A stretch of 40,035 nucleotides of DNA from an uncultured Desulfobacca sp. (GTDB lineage: Bacteria > Desulfobacterota > Desulfobaccia > Desulfobaccales > Desulfobaccaceae): assembly GCA_937958145.1 (NCBI GenBank), contig CALGOE010000179.1, forward strand, positions 1 to 40,035. Direction: 5' to 3'. Both the position numbers and the translations under genes were made by a program. Below the pieces are notes generated by a model, which searched no databases, had not been told where the DNA came from, and was given only the letters and a program-made list of their open reading frames with translations. Positions 1-8,185 of this stretch are shown piece after piece; the first letter of the stretch is position 1; each line of letters starts with the position of its first letter.

Positions 1-1419
1 GTCCCGCTCGCCCCGGTGCCGGCGCCAGCGGGTCTCGATGACGACGACATCCTGCCGGACCAACGAACGGTGTACAAGCTCCTGGAGCCGGGTGTAATCA
101 CTGTGGTTGACAAACAAGGAACCCAGTTCCTGGCCCAGCAATTCCTCGGGCCTGGCGTCGGTGAGTTTAAAAAACGACTCATTGGCGCTGATCAACGTCC
201 AATTCTGCAAGGAACCGATCCCCACCGGCACCGTCAGGAAGATGCTCCGCATGGTCGCCTCCTGGCGGCGCAAGGCCTTTTCGGCCAGGGCCCGCTCCTC
301 CACTTCCTTGGCCAGCAGATCCCGGGAGACCATGGTTTTTTTCAGATGTTGGACCATCTTGTTGAAGGCCAGGGAGAGTTGGCCCAATTCATCAGTGCCC
401 ACATCGGTCAGTCCCTGAGGGAAAACCCCTTGGCTGAGGATTTCAACCTCCCGCTGCAGGGCTTTGACCGGTCCGATGATGCGGTCGTGGCTGAATAACA
501 GCCCCCGGAAGACCGCAGTGAGGATAACGAGAACGAATAAGCTGAGAAAAATCAGCATGACCTGGTGGATCTGCTGAAAAGCGTCATGGTCAGGACGTTC
601 CACGATTACCCCCAGGCCGGTGCCTGGAATGATGGCGCTGGCTGCCAGGACCTTGCGGCCGGAAGGATCCGCATAACTCCAGACGCCGGTGCCGCCGGTG
701 GCCAAAGCTTGCACAGAGGGAAATTGGGAAACATCGACGCGGGTTTTTGAACCGGGGGCAGAACCCCAATACACCCGGCCATCGGGACTGGCCAGATAGG
801 CCGAGCAATCTTTGCCGCCAGACCTAGAAGAAAGGAGCGGCAACAATGACCAGAGAGACAAGCGGGCCTCCAGCACCCCTGTCACCAGAGACGGCTTCTT
901 TTTCATGGGCACCAGAAAGCGCAGGCAGCAGAGCTCTTGGCTATCCGGACGGTTATCAGCGAGAATCAGGGTTTTGCCCGCCCAGATCTCCGTCAGGGCG
1001 GGATCCAACCGGTTCTCTTGAGCTTCCCAGACCTGAAAGATCCTGTCCTGGGCCGCCTTTGCCACCTCCCGTCCTTGCTCATGGAAAACAGTAAGTTCCT
1101 CAAACTCAGGATGGCGCTGCAGGAAATCGTCCAGGAAGAGGGAGGCTTGCTGCCAGCCGGTTGATTCCGGCCAGGCGTCGTATAATTGCTGGAGCAGGGC
1201 CTTTTTGTGCTCGAGCACGAGGGATATCTGAATGGCCAGATGGTGGGCGGTTTCCTGCTGGCGCTGGCCGATGATGTCCTTCTCGTGATGCCACATAAAG
1301 TGTTGGGAAATCAGGAAGAGGACGGCCAAGGGGGCGATACCGAACAGCATCAGCAGGACCACGATGTTGTTGGCCAGGGCGCTGCGGCGCATCTGCCATA
1401 ACTTGCGCAATCCCGTCAT
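1..1419 (-). CDS. Membrane sensor protein, TM-Cache-TM-HAMP-PAS (histidine kinase or cyclase); 3' end runs off the window
   Basis: Not in the ORF track. I translated it by hand from the ATG at 1419, which overlaps the upstream TGA (ATGA). It is open to base 1: MTGLRKLW...NNIVVLLMLFGIAPLAVLFLI (TM1), ~250 aa periplasmic region, VMLIFLSLFVLVILTAVFRGLLF (TM2), GPVKALQREV...DELGQLSLAFNKMVQHL (HAMP), EVEERALAEKALR (S-helix), SIFLTVPVGIG...SANESF (PAS start). Confidence 0.85.
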   Translation of the reverse strand, partial: MTGLRKLWQMRRSALANNIVVLLMLFGIAPLAVLFLISQHFMWHHEKDIIGQRQQETAHHLAIQISLVLEHKKALLQQLYDAWPESTGWQQASLFLDDFLQRHPEFEELTVFHEQGREVAKAAQDRIFQVWEAQENRLDPALTEIWAGKTLILADNRPDSQELCCLRFLVPMKKKPSLVTGVLEARLSLWSLLPLLSSRSGGKDCSAYLASPDGRVYWGSAPGSKTRVDVSQFPSVQALATGGTGVWSYADPSGRKVLAASAIIPGTGLGVIVERPDHDAFQQIHQVMLIFLSLFVLVILTAVFRGLLFSHDRIIGPVKALQREVEILSQGVFPQGLTDVGTDELGQLSLAFNKMVQHLKKTMVSRDLLAKEVEERALAEKALRRQEATMRSIFLTVPVGIGSLQNWTLISANESFFKLTDARPEELLGQELGSLFVNHSDYTRLQELVHRSLVRQDVVVIETRWRRHRGERD

Positions 1420-2699
1420 GGCCGGTCCTCCGCCACAACAGGTTGCCCGGGCCGGTTGACCGCGGCGGCAGCTTCCGGCCTGGGCCAGAGCAGATGGAGA
1501 CTCCCTTCCCGTACCTGGCCGATGAAGGCCCTGGCCAGGATATTCTGGCCGGTCTGCTGATCGAACCTGACCCCACTCCAGGGGAGGAGCAGGCGGTCAC
1601 CGGGGATATCGGTCTGCAGCAGGGCCTGCCGCACACTTCGAGGCTGAAGTTGGGGCGCCTGGTTCAAGGCCTCCGCCACTACCAGGGTGCCGGTCAAGGC
1701 CAGGGCGGCGGTGGCAGAGAGTTCCCGGCCAAAACGCTGCCGGTAGAGATATGCGGTCCAGGTCTGCAGCGGATTGGCGGCGGATACGGCCGGAGCTGTG
1801 AGGAATTGCAAATACACCAGATTGAGGCCGGAGGTATTGTGCAGGAAAGCGCTGAGGGAGCCTGAGAACGGCAGAGTCAGCACCGCTCTGGGCCGGATGC
1901 CCAAAGACCGCCAGGTCTGGAGCCAGAGGTTGGCTTGCTCTACCCGGTCAGCCTGTAAGACAATGATTTCATCATGCAGAAACCGGCGGTTGGCCAGGGC
2001 CAGAGGAGTTAAAGACGTCTCCGCGGCATCATAGACAATTTCCGTGGAAAGGTGAAAACCATAGAGGCCGGCCGCCTGGCGGACAGCTCGAGCCACTCCC
2101 ACCCCCCGCAGCCCTTTATCATGGATCAGCGTCAGACGGTGGGGCCCCGGCTGGCCCGGCGGCGCCAGACTATCCTGCCATTGGGCCAGATAGGCGTCAA
2201 CCATGAGCGTATCATCAGGATTGAGGCGGAAAAACCATTGCAAGCGCCGCTGGGTGAGGCGGGAGGCCGTGGCCAGGCAACTTAGGAAGGGAATTCCCAT
2301 ACGCTCGGCACGTTCGCTGACCGTCAGGGTGGCGTCGTCAGGCAAGCCGCTCAGGACGGCCTTGACGCGGCTGACCATCGCCAAATCCTCCAGGGCTGCG
2401 GCCGCGGCCGCAGTACCGGCTTCGGGCTGCCGATAGACCGCCCGCAGTTTCAGCCCTCCATGCCGGGGCAAGCCGACCGCAGGTCCCAATGGCAGGGGTA
2501 AGTCAACTTTGTCATTGACAATGCTGAGGGCTAATTCAACCCCGGCCTGGAAATCTTCACCGGCCGCCAGCGGATCGCCAGCGGGCACGATCACCCCTAT
2601 GGTGATGAAATCTTCGGCACGGGGGCGCGGGTCAGGCTGACAGCCGCCCAGGAAGGAAGTGATCACCCCCACCACTGCTAAAATAACATATGCTCTCAT
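1416..2699 (-). CDS. Periplasmic substrate-binding lipoprotein, branched-chain amino acid (LivJ/K-like) type
   Basis: Lipobox FLGGC; ITIGVIVP...GVELAL..IVN, AERMGIPF, WFFRLNPDD and GVRFDQQTGQN motifs typical of PBP1 ABC-type binding proteins. Confidence 0.8.
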   Translation of the reverse strand: MRAYVILAVVGVITSFLGGCQPDPRPRAEDFITIGVIVPAGDPLAAGEDFQAGVELALSIVNDKVDLPLPLGPAVGLPRHGGLKLRAVYRQPEAGTAAAAAALEDLAMVSRVKAVLSGLPDDATLTVSERAERMGIPFLSCLATASRLTQRRLQWFFRLNPDDTLMVDAYLAQWQDSLAPPGQPGPHRLTLIHDKGLRGVGVARAVRQAAGLYGFHLSTEIVYDAAETSLTPLALANRRFLHDEIIVLQADRVEQANLWLQTWRSLGIRPRAVLTLPFSGSLSAFLHNTSGLNLVYLQFLTAPAVSAANPLQTWTAYLYRQRFGRELSATAALALTGTLVVAEALNQAPQLQPRSVRQALLQTDIPGDRLLLPWSGVRFDQQTGQNILARAFIGQVREGSLHLLWPRPEAAAAVNRPGQPVVAEDRP

Positions 2700-2918
2700 G
2701 CCGCACCCTGGTCCAGGCCTTCTTGCCGGCCTGCCTCTCTTTCACCTCACCATTTCTTATCGGAGTCGGCGGCAAATTTCTAAAATGAATTAAATATGCC
2801 GAAAAACTGGTTAACCTCATGACCAAAAAGTGACATCTGTCCTGTCTGTGTTGGTGTTTTAGCCGGTCCGGGACTATAACAGGCTGAAAATCATCACTTT
2901 TTAACGGAGGAGGGGGAG

Positions 2919-3167
2919 ATGGCGGTTATACCATTGGATGCGGCCAGAAGGCGGCGGAACCGGCAGAAACACGCCGGTCAGGGTCCGGCAAAGATTTTAT
3001 CTTTTGCGCACCTGTCAGATGGGGTCCTGCTGCGGGTCATACAACGGGCCGGGAAGGAGGAGAGCCAGCGGTTGGAGTATGTGTATCAACTGACCCGGGG
3101 AGAACCTGACCTTCTGCCGACCTGGGAACAGATGGAGGAGATGGAAAATGGCACCATTGAATTCTAA
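2919..3167 (+). CDS. Small hypothetical protein (82 aa)
   Basis: Strong SD (GGAGGAGG) upstream of the ATG, AT-rich promoter-like region before it, protein-like composition. Confidence 0.65.
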   Translation: MAVIPLDAARRRRNRQKHAGQGPAKILSFAHLSDGVLLRVIQRAGKEESQRLEYVYQLTRGEPDLLPTWEQMEEMENGTIEF

Positions 3168-3258
3168 TCAGGAAGTTGTGGGCAAACCGAGCTTCCAGCG
3201 TTGGATTATCGAGGACTCCTGGGACGGCACCATCTATTTGGAAGCCCGTTATATTTAA
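3148..3258 (+). CDS. Putative 36-aa ORF MAPLNSNQEVVGKPSFQRWIIEDSWDGTIYLEARYI, possibly the 5' half of an interrupted gene
   Basis: GGAGGAG lies 7 nt upstream of the ATG at 3148; overlaps the end of the previous ORF; below the ORF-track cutoff. Confidence 0.4.
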   Translation: MAPLNSNQEVVGKPSFQRWIIEDSWDGTIYLEARYI

Positions 3259-3482
3259 GTCAAACCGGAAACGATTTCCATGAGCGCTGTTGCCATGGCG
3301 GCACCGGGTTTCCGGCCGTTGCCACCAGGAACCGTCCAACGACCAAAGATGATCGGTTGTGAAGATAAACCCGGAGTCAATTGGGACCGTAGGGGCGAGC
3401 CGGCGGCTCGCCCCTACTATTGGCGTTCAGACGTCACCTTATAAGCCTTATGGCCCATATATGACTTTCCGGATGAGAACTA
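3257..3482. mobile_element. Degenerate MITE-like element carrying the REP
   Basis: Right end TTTCCGGATGAGAACTA (3466-3482) matches the TIR of the 15.5-kb element. Left end is degenerate (TCAAACCGGAAA, 3260-3271). TATTTAAGT is repeated at 3252 and 3481. Confidence 0.45.
3389..3417. repeat. GTAG-type REP palindrome
   Basis: GTAGGGGCGAGCCG-G-CGGCTCGCCCCTAC: perfect 14-bp inverted repeat starting with the GTAG tetranucleotide characteristic of REP elements. Confidence 0.85.
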
Positions 3483-3797
3483 TTTAAGTTGGCAAGGCTG
3501 CTGTGGCTCATACAAACTGCTAGTAGGTCCTGATGGCCGGCACTATTTCTGGGCGGTGCTGCCGGGAAGCGACGGGCGGGGCGCCTTGCAGCGACTGGTA
3601 AGCTTCCAGGATCAGGAGACGATGGCGGCGGCATTGGACCTGCCAGCTCGGGGTGGCTGGGAGGGCAACCTGCTGGTTCCCTCTGCCATTGATAAGCATA
3701 GCAGCCGTTGCGGCCGCAACCTGCACCTCTTCAAAGGGCGCCTGGTAGGCAGGAGGCGTATGGCAGTTGCCGGTGGTCAGAGAATTACAGCGGTGGG

Positions 3798-3821
3798 GGA
3801 GGCCGCCGGCCTCCTTTCATT
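3798..3821 (+). terminator. Possible intrinsic terminator
   Basis: GGAGGCC-GCC-GGCCTCC hairpin followed by TTTCATT. Confidence 0.4.
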
Positions 3822-3828
3822 CCCACAA

Positions 3829-3974
3829 TAGTGTCCATCTGGAAACTATGAGCATGAATAATAATTCCACAATCTCATTACTGTCCGGCAACCTTTTGGC
3901 AAAGGGGTGAATACCGCCCGCGTCTCTTTGCTGCGCTTCATACTTAAGCCCTGCAAGAAGTCAGCCGGACACTA
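3829..3974. mobile_element. MITE-like element, same TIR family
   Basis: Left end TAGTGTCCATCTGGAAA, right end ...CAGCCGGACACTA (8-bp perfect TIR TAGTGTCC/GGACACTA). Internal G-U-rich hairpin at 3899-3931. No clear target-site duplication. Confidence 0.45.
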
Positions 3975-4171
3975 GCGGCACAAAGTATATTTTTAGGGGA
4001 GACCATCCCAGCATCTTGGCTTTGGGCAAAGCCAGAAACGCCGTTCGAACTGGGCCTGCAAGGGTCCAGGGCATGAGTTGGGAGGGCTGCCGGTTGGCTC
4101 TTCGCCCTATGAGCATTTTTGCCATCATGTTCTCAGGTTGGGGAGAAACAGGGCCGAGGGTGGGGTGATCT

Positions 4172-5017
4172 TTACCAGAGGCGGGCGGCGGCCGGCACCG
4201 TGCGGCGGTCCAGCAGGGCAATGGCGTCCTGATGGCAGGCGGCCCGGCAGACGCCGCAGCCGTAGCAGAAGCGCTGGTCCACCACGGTTTTCTGCCAGGA
4301 CGCGCTGTAGGTCAAGGCCCCGAACTGGCAGAGGCTCAGGCATTCCCGGCAGCCAAGGCACCGGTCCGGGTCAACCTGGGCCACATATTCGCCCCGGAAC
4401 AGGACGGCGACGCCGTGGGAGACGGTGCAGCGCAAGGCCAGGCAGCCGGAACGGTCGCAGTTGCAGATGCCGCCGATAAAAGGGGTGTGAAAGGTCCAGA
4501 CACTATGGCACAGGCCTTCGTGTTCGTGGGCCTGGAAAGCGGCCAGGGCTTCTGCGGGGGAGAGGACTTCCAGACCCTGGCGGTCCGGTCCGGCGGCAAA
4601 ACTGGGATCCAGCCCCGCCAGGATCTCGGCGAAGCGGCCGCCGTCCGGGGCCAGGCTGACGCCGTAGCAGTAGCGTTTTTCCTGTCCCAAGGAGGCCTGA
4701 CGGCAGATGCAGGTGACCCGCACGATGGTCTTGACCAAGCCGAAGATTTCTCGAATCTCTTCCAGCGGCACGATCTGGCCGAAGTGGATTTTCTTCTGCT
4801 GGCGGGTGATGAGAGCGCTGGCCAGGCCGCGGATAAAAGCCGGTAGCCGCGCCAGGGCCTCCAGGCGTTGGACGCTTGCCGCCAACCCGGCGGGGTCAGA
4901 CAGGAAATCCCGGATAAACTCCCGGCGCCGGAGATCGCTGAGCAGATCATCGGCGTAGTTTTTGGCCTGAAGATACCATTTTTTGCCTTCGCCATGTTGC
5001 AGACAGAATTCGCACAC
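4172..5017 (-). CDS. Cys-rich 4Fe-4S binding protein (C-terminal 2x[4Fe-4S] ferredoxin domain)
   Basis: CEFC, CICR..RYC, GICNCDRSGC, then CLGCREC..LC and CYGCGVC..AC. GTG at 5017 chosen as start (GGAG upstream); GTG at 5026 is the alternative. Confidence 0.85.
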   Translation of the reverse strand: MCEFCLQHGEGKKWYLQAKNYADDLLSDLRRREFIRDFLSDPAGLAASVQRLEALARLPAFIRGLASALITRQQKKIHFGQIVPLEEIREIFGLVKTIVRVTCICRQASLGQEKRYCYGVSLAPDGGRFAEILAGLDPSFAAGPDRQGLEVLSPAEALAAFQAHEHEGLCHSVWTFHTPFIGGICNCDRSGCLALRCTVSHGVAVLFRGEYVAQVDPDRCLGCRECLSLCQFGALTYSASWQKTVVDQRFCYGCGVCRAACHQDAIALLDRRTVPAAARLW

Positions 5018-5022
5018 GGGGA

Positions 5023-5592
5023 TCACTCCGGCGGCGGACCTTGGGCCCAGGAGGGGATGGCGGCCTGGGGCCAGGAATCAATTTGGGGCACATACGGTTT
5101 CAGATCTAGGACCGGTGAGCCGTCCCAGGCGTCCAAGCCTGTTACTTCCAGGCGGTTTTCCTGACGCTGCACCAGGCGGCAGGCTTGCAGGCCCAAGAGG
5201 TTGGGCCGCAGGGGGGAGCGGGTGGCGAAAACCCCGGTGAGCGGGTTGACGGGATTCCCCCGGGGGTGGACCTTGAGGGTGCGCCGTTTCTCGGGGGTGT
5301 CATTGCCGTGGAACCAATAAATCACCCAGAGATGGGAGAAATCTTCGATGCCGGCCAGCCCCTCTAATAGAGCCGGTGCCACCACGATAAAAACCTTGCC
5401 GCTGCGCCTCTCCACCCGGCCTATCTGTTCGAGCATAAATCTTGCCGCTCCCGGCAGGATTTGCTCCTGGGCCCAGGCGGTCGCACCGGGCAGACCCAAT
5501 CCCAGCCCGGCCAGCATCAGCAGGCGCCAGCCCCAATGGCCCACGGCCTGGAGAAAACTGTCAGGCCCGGCTAGCTTTGCTCCCTGACTCAT
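5023..5592 (-). CDS. tsaA: TsaA/TrmO-family (YaeB) SAM-binding protein with N-terminal signal-peptide-like extension
   Basis: GIEDFSHLWVIYWFH, GVFATRSPLRPNLLGL and GLDAWDGSPVLDLKPY motifs. Start is uncertain (5604, 5592 or 5436). Confidence 0.85.
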   Translation of the reverse strand: MSQGAKLAGPDSFLQAVGHWGWRLLMLAGLGLGLPGATAWAQEQILPGAARFMLEQIGRVERRSGKVFIVVAPALLEGLAGIEDFSHLWVIYWFHGNDTPEKRRTLKVHPRGNPVNPLTGVFATRSPLRPNLLGLQACRLVQRQENRLEVTGLDAWDGSPVLDLKPYVPQIDSWPQAAIPSWAQGPPPE

Positions 5593-5661
5593 AATCGCCC
5601 TCAAGCTTGTGAATTACACCGAACTAAGCCTCAAATTCGGGTCCCGGCGCCGGCCGGGGCT

Positions 5662-6207
5662 CTACCCTCTGGCCTGTTGCTCCCAGGCCAGGAGCTGGTC
5701 TTTATATTGCAGACCGGCGCGATAGCCGCCCAGGGAGCCGTTGCTGGCCACCACCCGATGGCAGGGGATGATGATGGGCAGGGGATTGGCGCCCAGAGCC
5801 TGGCCCACTGCCCGGGCCCCCCGGGGGAGCCCCAGGGTGCCGGCCAGGGCCTGATAGGTGGTCACCTGGCCGTAGGGAATCCGGCGTACGGCCTGCCAGA
5901 CCCGGAGTTGAAAAGGTGTGCCCCGCACGTCCAGGGTAAGATGCGCAAAATCTTCTTTCCCACCGGCAAAATAGGCCGCAAAGGCGGCCGCCGCCTCCTG
6001 GCGCCAGCGCCGCAGCTTGGCCATCAGCGCAGGAGGGAGTTGGCCCACCGGCCAATGAGGCCCGATACTTCCTGCCGGCGCGGCCAAGGACACCGCCTGC
6101 AACCCCTGCTCGGAAAATGACAGCCACAGAGGGCAAAGGGGGGTGGGCAGCATCTCTTCCCAGAGGGGCGAGCGAGACGACTTTTTTCCCGGCACCTGAT
6201 GCCTCAT
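5662..6207 (-). CDS. ogt: Methylated-DNA--protein-cysteine methyltransferase
   Basis: GTPFQLRVW..IPYG..TY, ARAVG.A...NP and the active-site PCHRVV. Confidence 0.92.
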   Translation of the reverse strand: MRHQVPGKKSSRSPLWEEMLPTPLCPLWLSFSEQGLQAVSLAAPAGSIGPHWPVGQLPPALMAKLRRWRQEAAAAFAAYFAGGKEDFAHLTLDVRGTPFQLRVWQAVRRIPYGQVTTYQALAGTLGLPRGARAVGQALGANPLPIIIPCHRVVASNGSLGGYRAGLQYKDQLLAWEQQARG

Positions 6208-6222
6208 CTCTCCCGATACCGT

Positions 6223-7047
6223 CTAACCCGCAGTCCGCTGCCGGGCCAGGATGGCAAACCAGAGATTCTCATCCACCACCTGCACTATTTCAAACGGCAA
6301 GGCCTGCAGCTGGGTGAGAATCTTGTTGACTTCGGTGCCCACCAGACCGGAGAAGATATACCAAGGTTTAGTTACAAACTCGGCATGTTCGAGGATTTCC
6401 TTGAGGAGGGCGTAATAAATATTGGCCAGGACCAGATCCGCGGTAGTGGCCAGGTGTTCCCGGACGTCGCCGCAGATCAGGGTAATCTTGTCTTCGGCCT
6501 GATTGTGGCGGGCATTGCGGCGGGCTGTGTCGATGGCCAAATTATTGTGATCCACGGCCACCACCTGCTCCGCCCCTTTGGCCAGGCAGGCCAGGGATAA
6601 AATCCCGGTGCCCGTCCCGAGATCCAGAACCCGGGGCAATCTTGCCGTTTTATACAGGTCGTGAATCAGCCGCAGGCACAGTTTGGTGGTAGGATGGAAC
6701 CCGGAGCCGAAGGCCACCCCGGGGTCAAGGCGGATGAGATGATCCCCGGGCCGGGGGTGGGGTTCTTCCCACAGTGGACAGAGATAGAAATCAGCGATGC
6801 GGAGGGGAACCAACGGATGACCGGCTTCCCATTCCTCATAGTTGATTTCCGTCTCCGAAACATAGCGCCAGGCGTCACGTTCTCCCAGTAGTTCTTTCAA
6901 TATGGCTTCCTTTTTGTTGGTAAAAAAAAGATACGAGCAGTCTCCTTCGCGCCAACAGCCCAAAAAATCCCCAGTTGCGGCGGCCGGCAGGGCCAACTCG
7001 CCGTGGATTTCATAGATATAGAGTTTGTCATAGGGGCAGGCGGGCAT
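6223..7047 (-). CDS. PrmA-like SAM-dependent protein methyltransferase
   Basis: LDPGVAFGSGFHPTT, VLDLGTGTGILS, LVLANI. Start moved to ATG 7047 (AGGAG..GAGG upstream). Confidence 0.85.
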   Translation of the reverse strand: MPACPYDKLYIYEIHGELALPAAATGDFLGCWREGDCSYLFFTNKKEAILKELLGERDAWRYVSETEINYEEWEAGHPLVPLRIADFYLCPLWEEPHPRPGDHLIRLDPGVAFGSGFHPTTKLCLRLIHDLYKTARLPRVLDLGTGTGILSLACLAKGAEQVVAVDHNNLAIDTARRNARHNQAEDKITLICGDVREHLATTADLVLANIYYALLKEILEHAEFVTKPWYIFSGLVGTEVNKILTQLQALPFEIVQVVDENLWFAILARQRTAG

Positions 7048-7140
7048 CGTCCTCTTCTCCTGGTCATTAAATGTATGGGGCGGACCGGTGAAACGCAAGG
7101 GAAAACATCGCCGCCGGTTGGTCCGCAGCCGCCGCTGGTA

Positions 7141-7335
7141 TTACTCGGCCCAACTGATGCAGTGCACCGGGCAGATATCTATGGCCGCCTGGATCTTCTC
7201 CTCCGGCGCCCCGTCCGGGAACATCACCAGGGCCCAACCCAGAGACTCGTTGAGGACAAACACTTCCGGGCAGACTTCCACACAGGCGTTGCAGCCGATA
7301 CAGGCCGTTTCATCAATAATCGGGGTGCGCGTCAT
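7141..7335 (-). CDS. Single-cluster ferredoxin
   Basis: CIGCNAC..VCPEVF...AIDICPVHCI, 64 aa. Confidence 0.9.
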   Translation of the reverse strand: MTRTPIIDETACIGCNACVEVCPEVFVLNESLGWALVMFPDGAPEEKIQAAIDICPVHCISWAE

Positions 7336-7427
7336 CTCTTGCTATCCTGTCAAGGGTCACGTTTTACCCCTTCAGTCCGGGGAAATCCGTACCCTGAAAA
7401 AAAAAGTTAAAGGTCAGAGGGCAATGA

Positions 7428-8168
7428 TTATGGTTTTTTGTAAAACAGCGTGGCGGCATGGCGCCGGCGGCCGCTGCGGCCCAACCCGCAGCGGGTGAGG
7501 GAGATGGCCAATCGGTGTGGATAGCGCGGCCAATCCTGCGGATCGCCTGTGCAGCCGCCGCCATCTTCTCCCACCACCAAAACAAACCGCACCCCTGGAC
7601 CGGCCAACAGCGGTCCGATGGATTGGCCCGGCGGCGGCCAGGCATACAGCACCAGGTCGGGTTGAAAGGAGCTGATGGCTGCCAACGCGGTGCCCGTCGT
7701 CACCACCGGGTGTCTGGCGCAGGGGCTGACAAATTCTCCCTGGCCGGCGTCCACGGCTTCAAACCTTACTCCCTGGCGGGGTAAGAGGGCAGCCAGGGCT
7801 GCGGCTAAATAGCCCCGGCCGGCTCCCGCCTCCAGCACCCGCCGGATTTTCAGGAGTCGGACAAAACGGCAGAACCGCAGCACCCATTCCCGGGAGGGAA
7901 AGAAATAAATCCCTGTTTCCTGGGACAGGGCGGCCAGAATTGTCTCCTCTTGGTTCGGCGGCACCAACTGTGACCAGGCCGCGTCGGTGAGCAGCACCTG
8001 CATGGGGTCTTCGTGAGGTTCGGGCAGACGCACAATGGCCCGCGCCATCTCGGCAAACCGCTGCCGCTGCCGCCAGGTGGCCTGGGGAGAACAACCCGCG
8101 GTCAGAAGTTCGGTTTGCCAGGGAGACAAGAGGATGTCACCGGTTTGCTCGGGAGGGTGCGTTTCCAT
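7428..8168 (-). CDS. Putative class I SAM-dependent methyltransferase of unknown substrate
   Basis: VLEAGAGRGYLA motif I, AVD acidic motif, LYAWPP, VGEDGGGCTG. Confidence 0.7.
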   Translation of the reverse strand: METHPPEQTGDILLSPWQTELLTAGCSPQATWRQRQRFAEMARAIVRLPEPHEDPMQVLLTDAAWSQLVPPNQEETILAALSQETGIYFFPSREWVLRFCRFVRLLKIRRVLEAGAGRGYLAAALAALLPRQGVRFEAVDAGQGEFVSPCARHPVVTTGTALAAISSFQPDLVLYAWPPPGQSIGPLLAGPGVRFVLVVGEDGGGCTGDPQDWPRYPHRLAISLTRCGLGRSGRRRHAATLFYKKP

Positions 8169-8185
8169 GAATGCCGCTCTTGGCC

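Noticed and set aside
3480-4170. Possible tmRNA, RNase P RNA, 6S RNA or c-di-GMP riboswitch in the low-coding island
   Set aside because: No tRNA-like ends, no GAGGAAAGTCC, and no complete GGCAAAC..GAAA..GACGCAAAG pattern.
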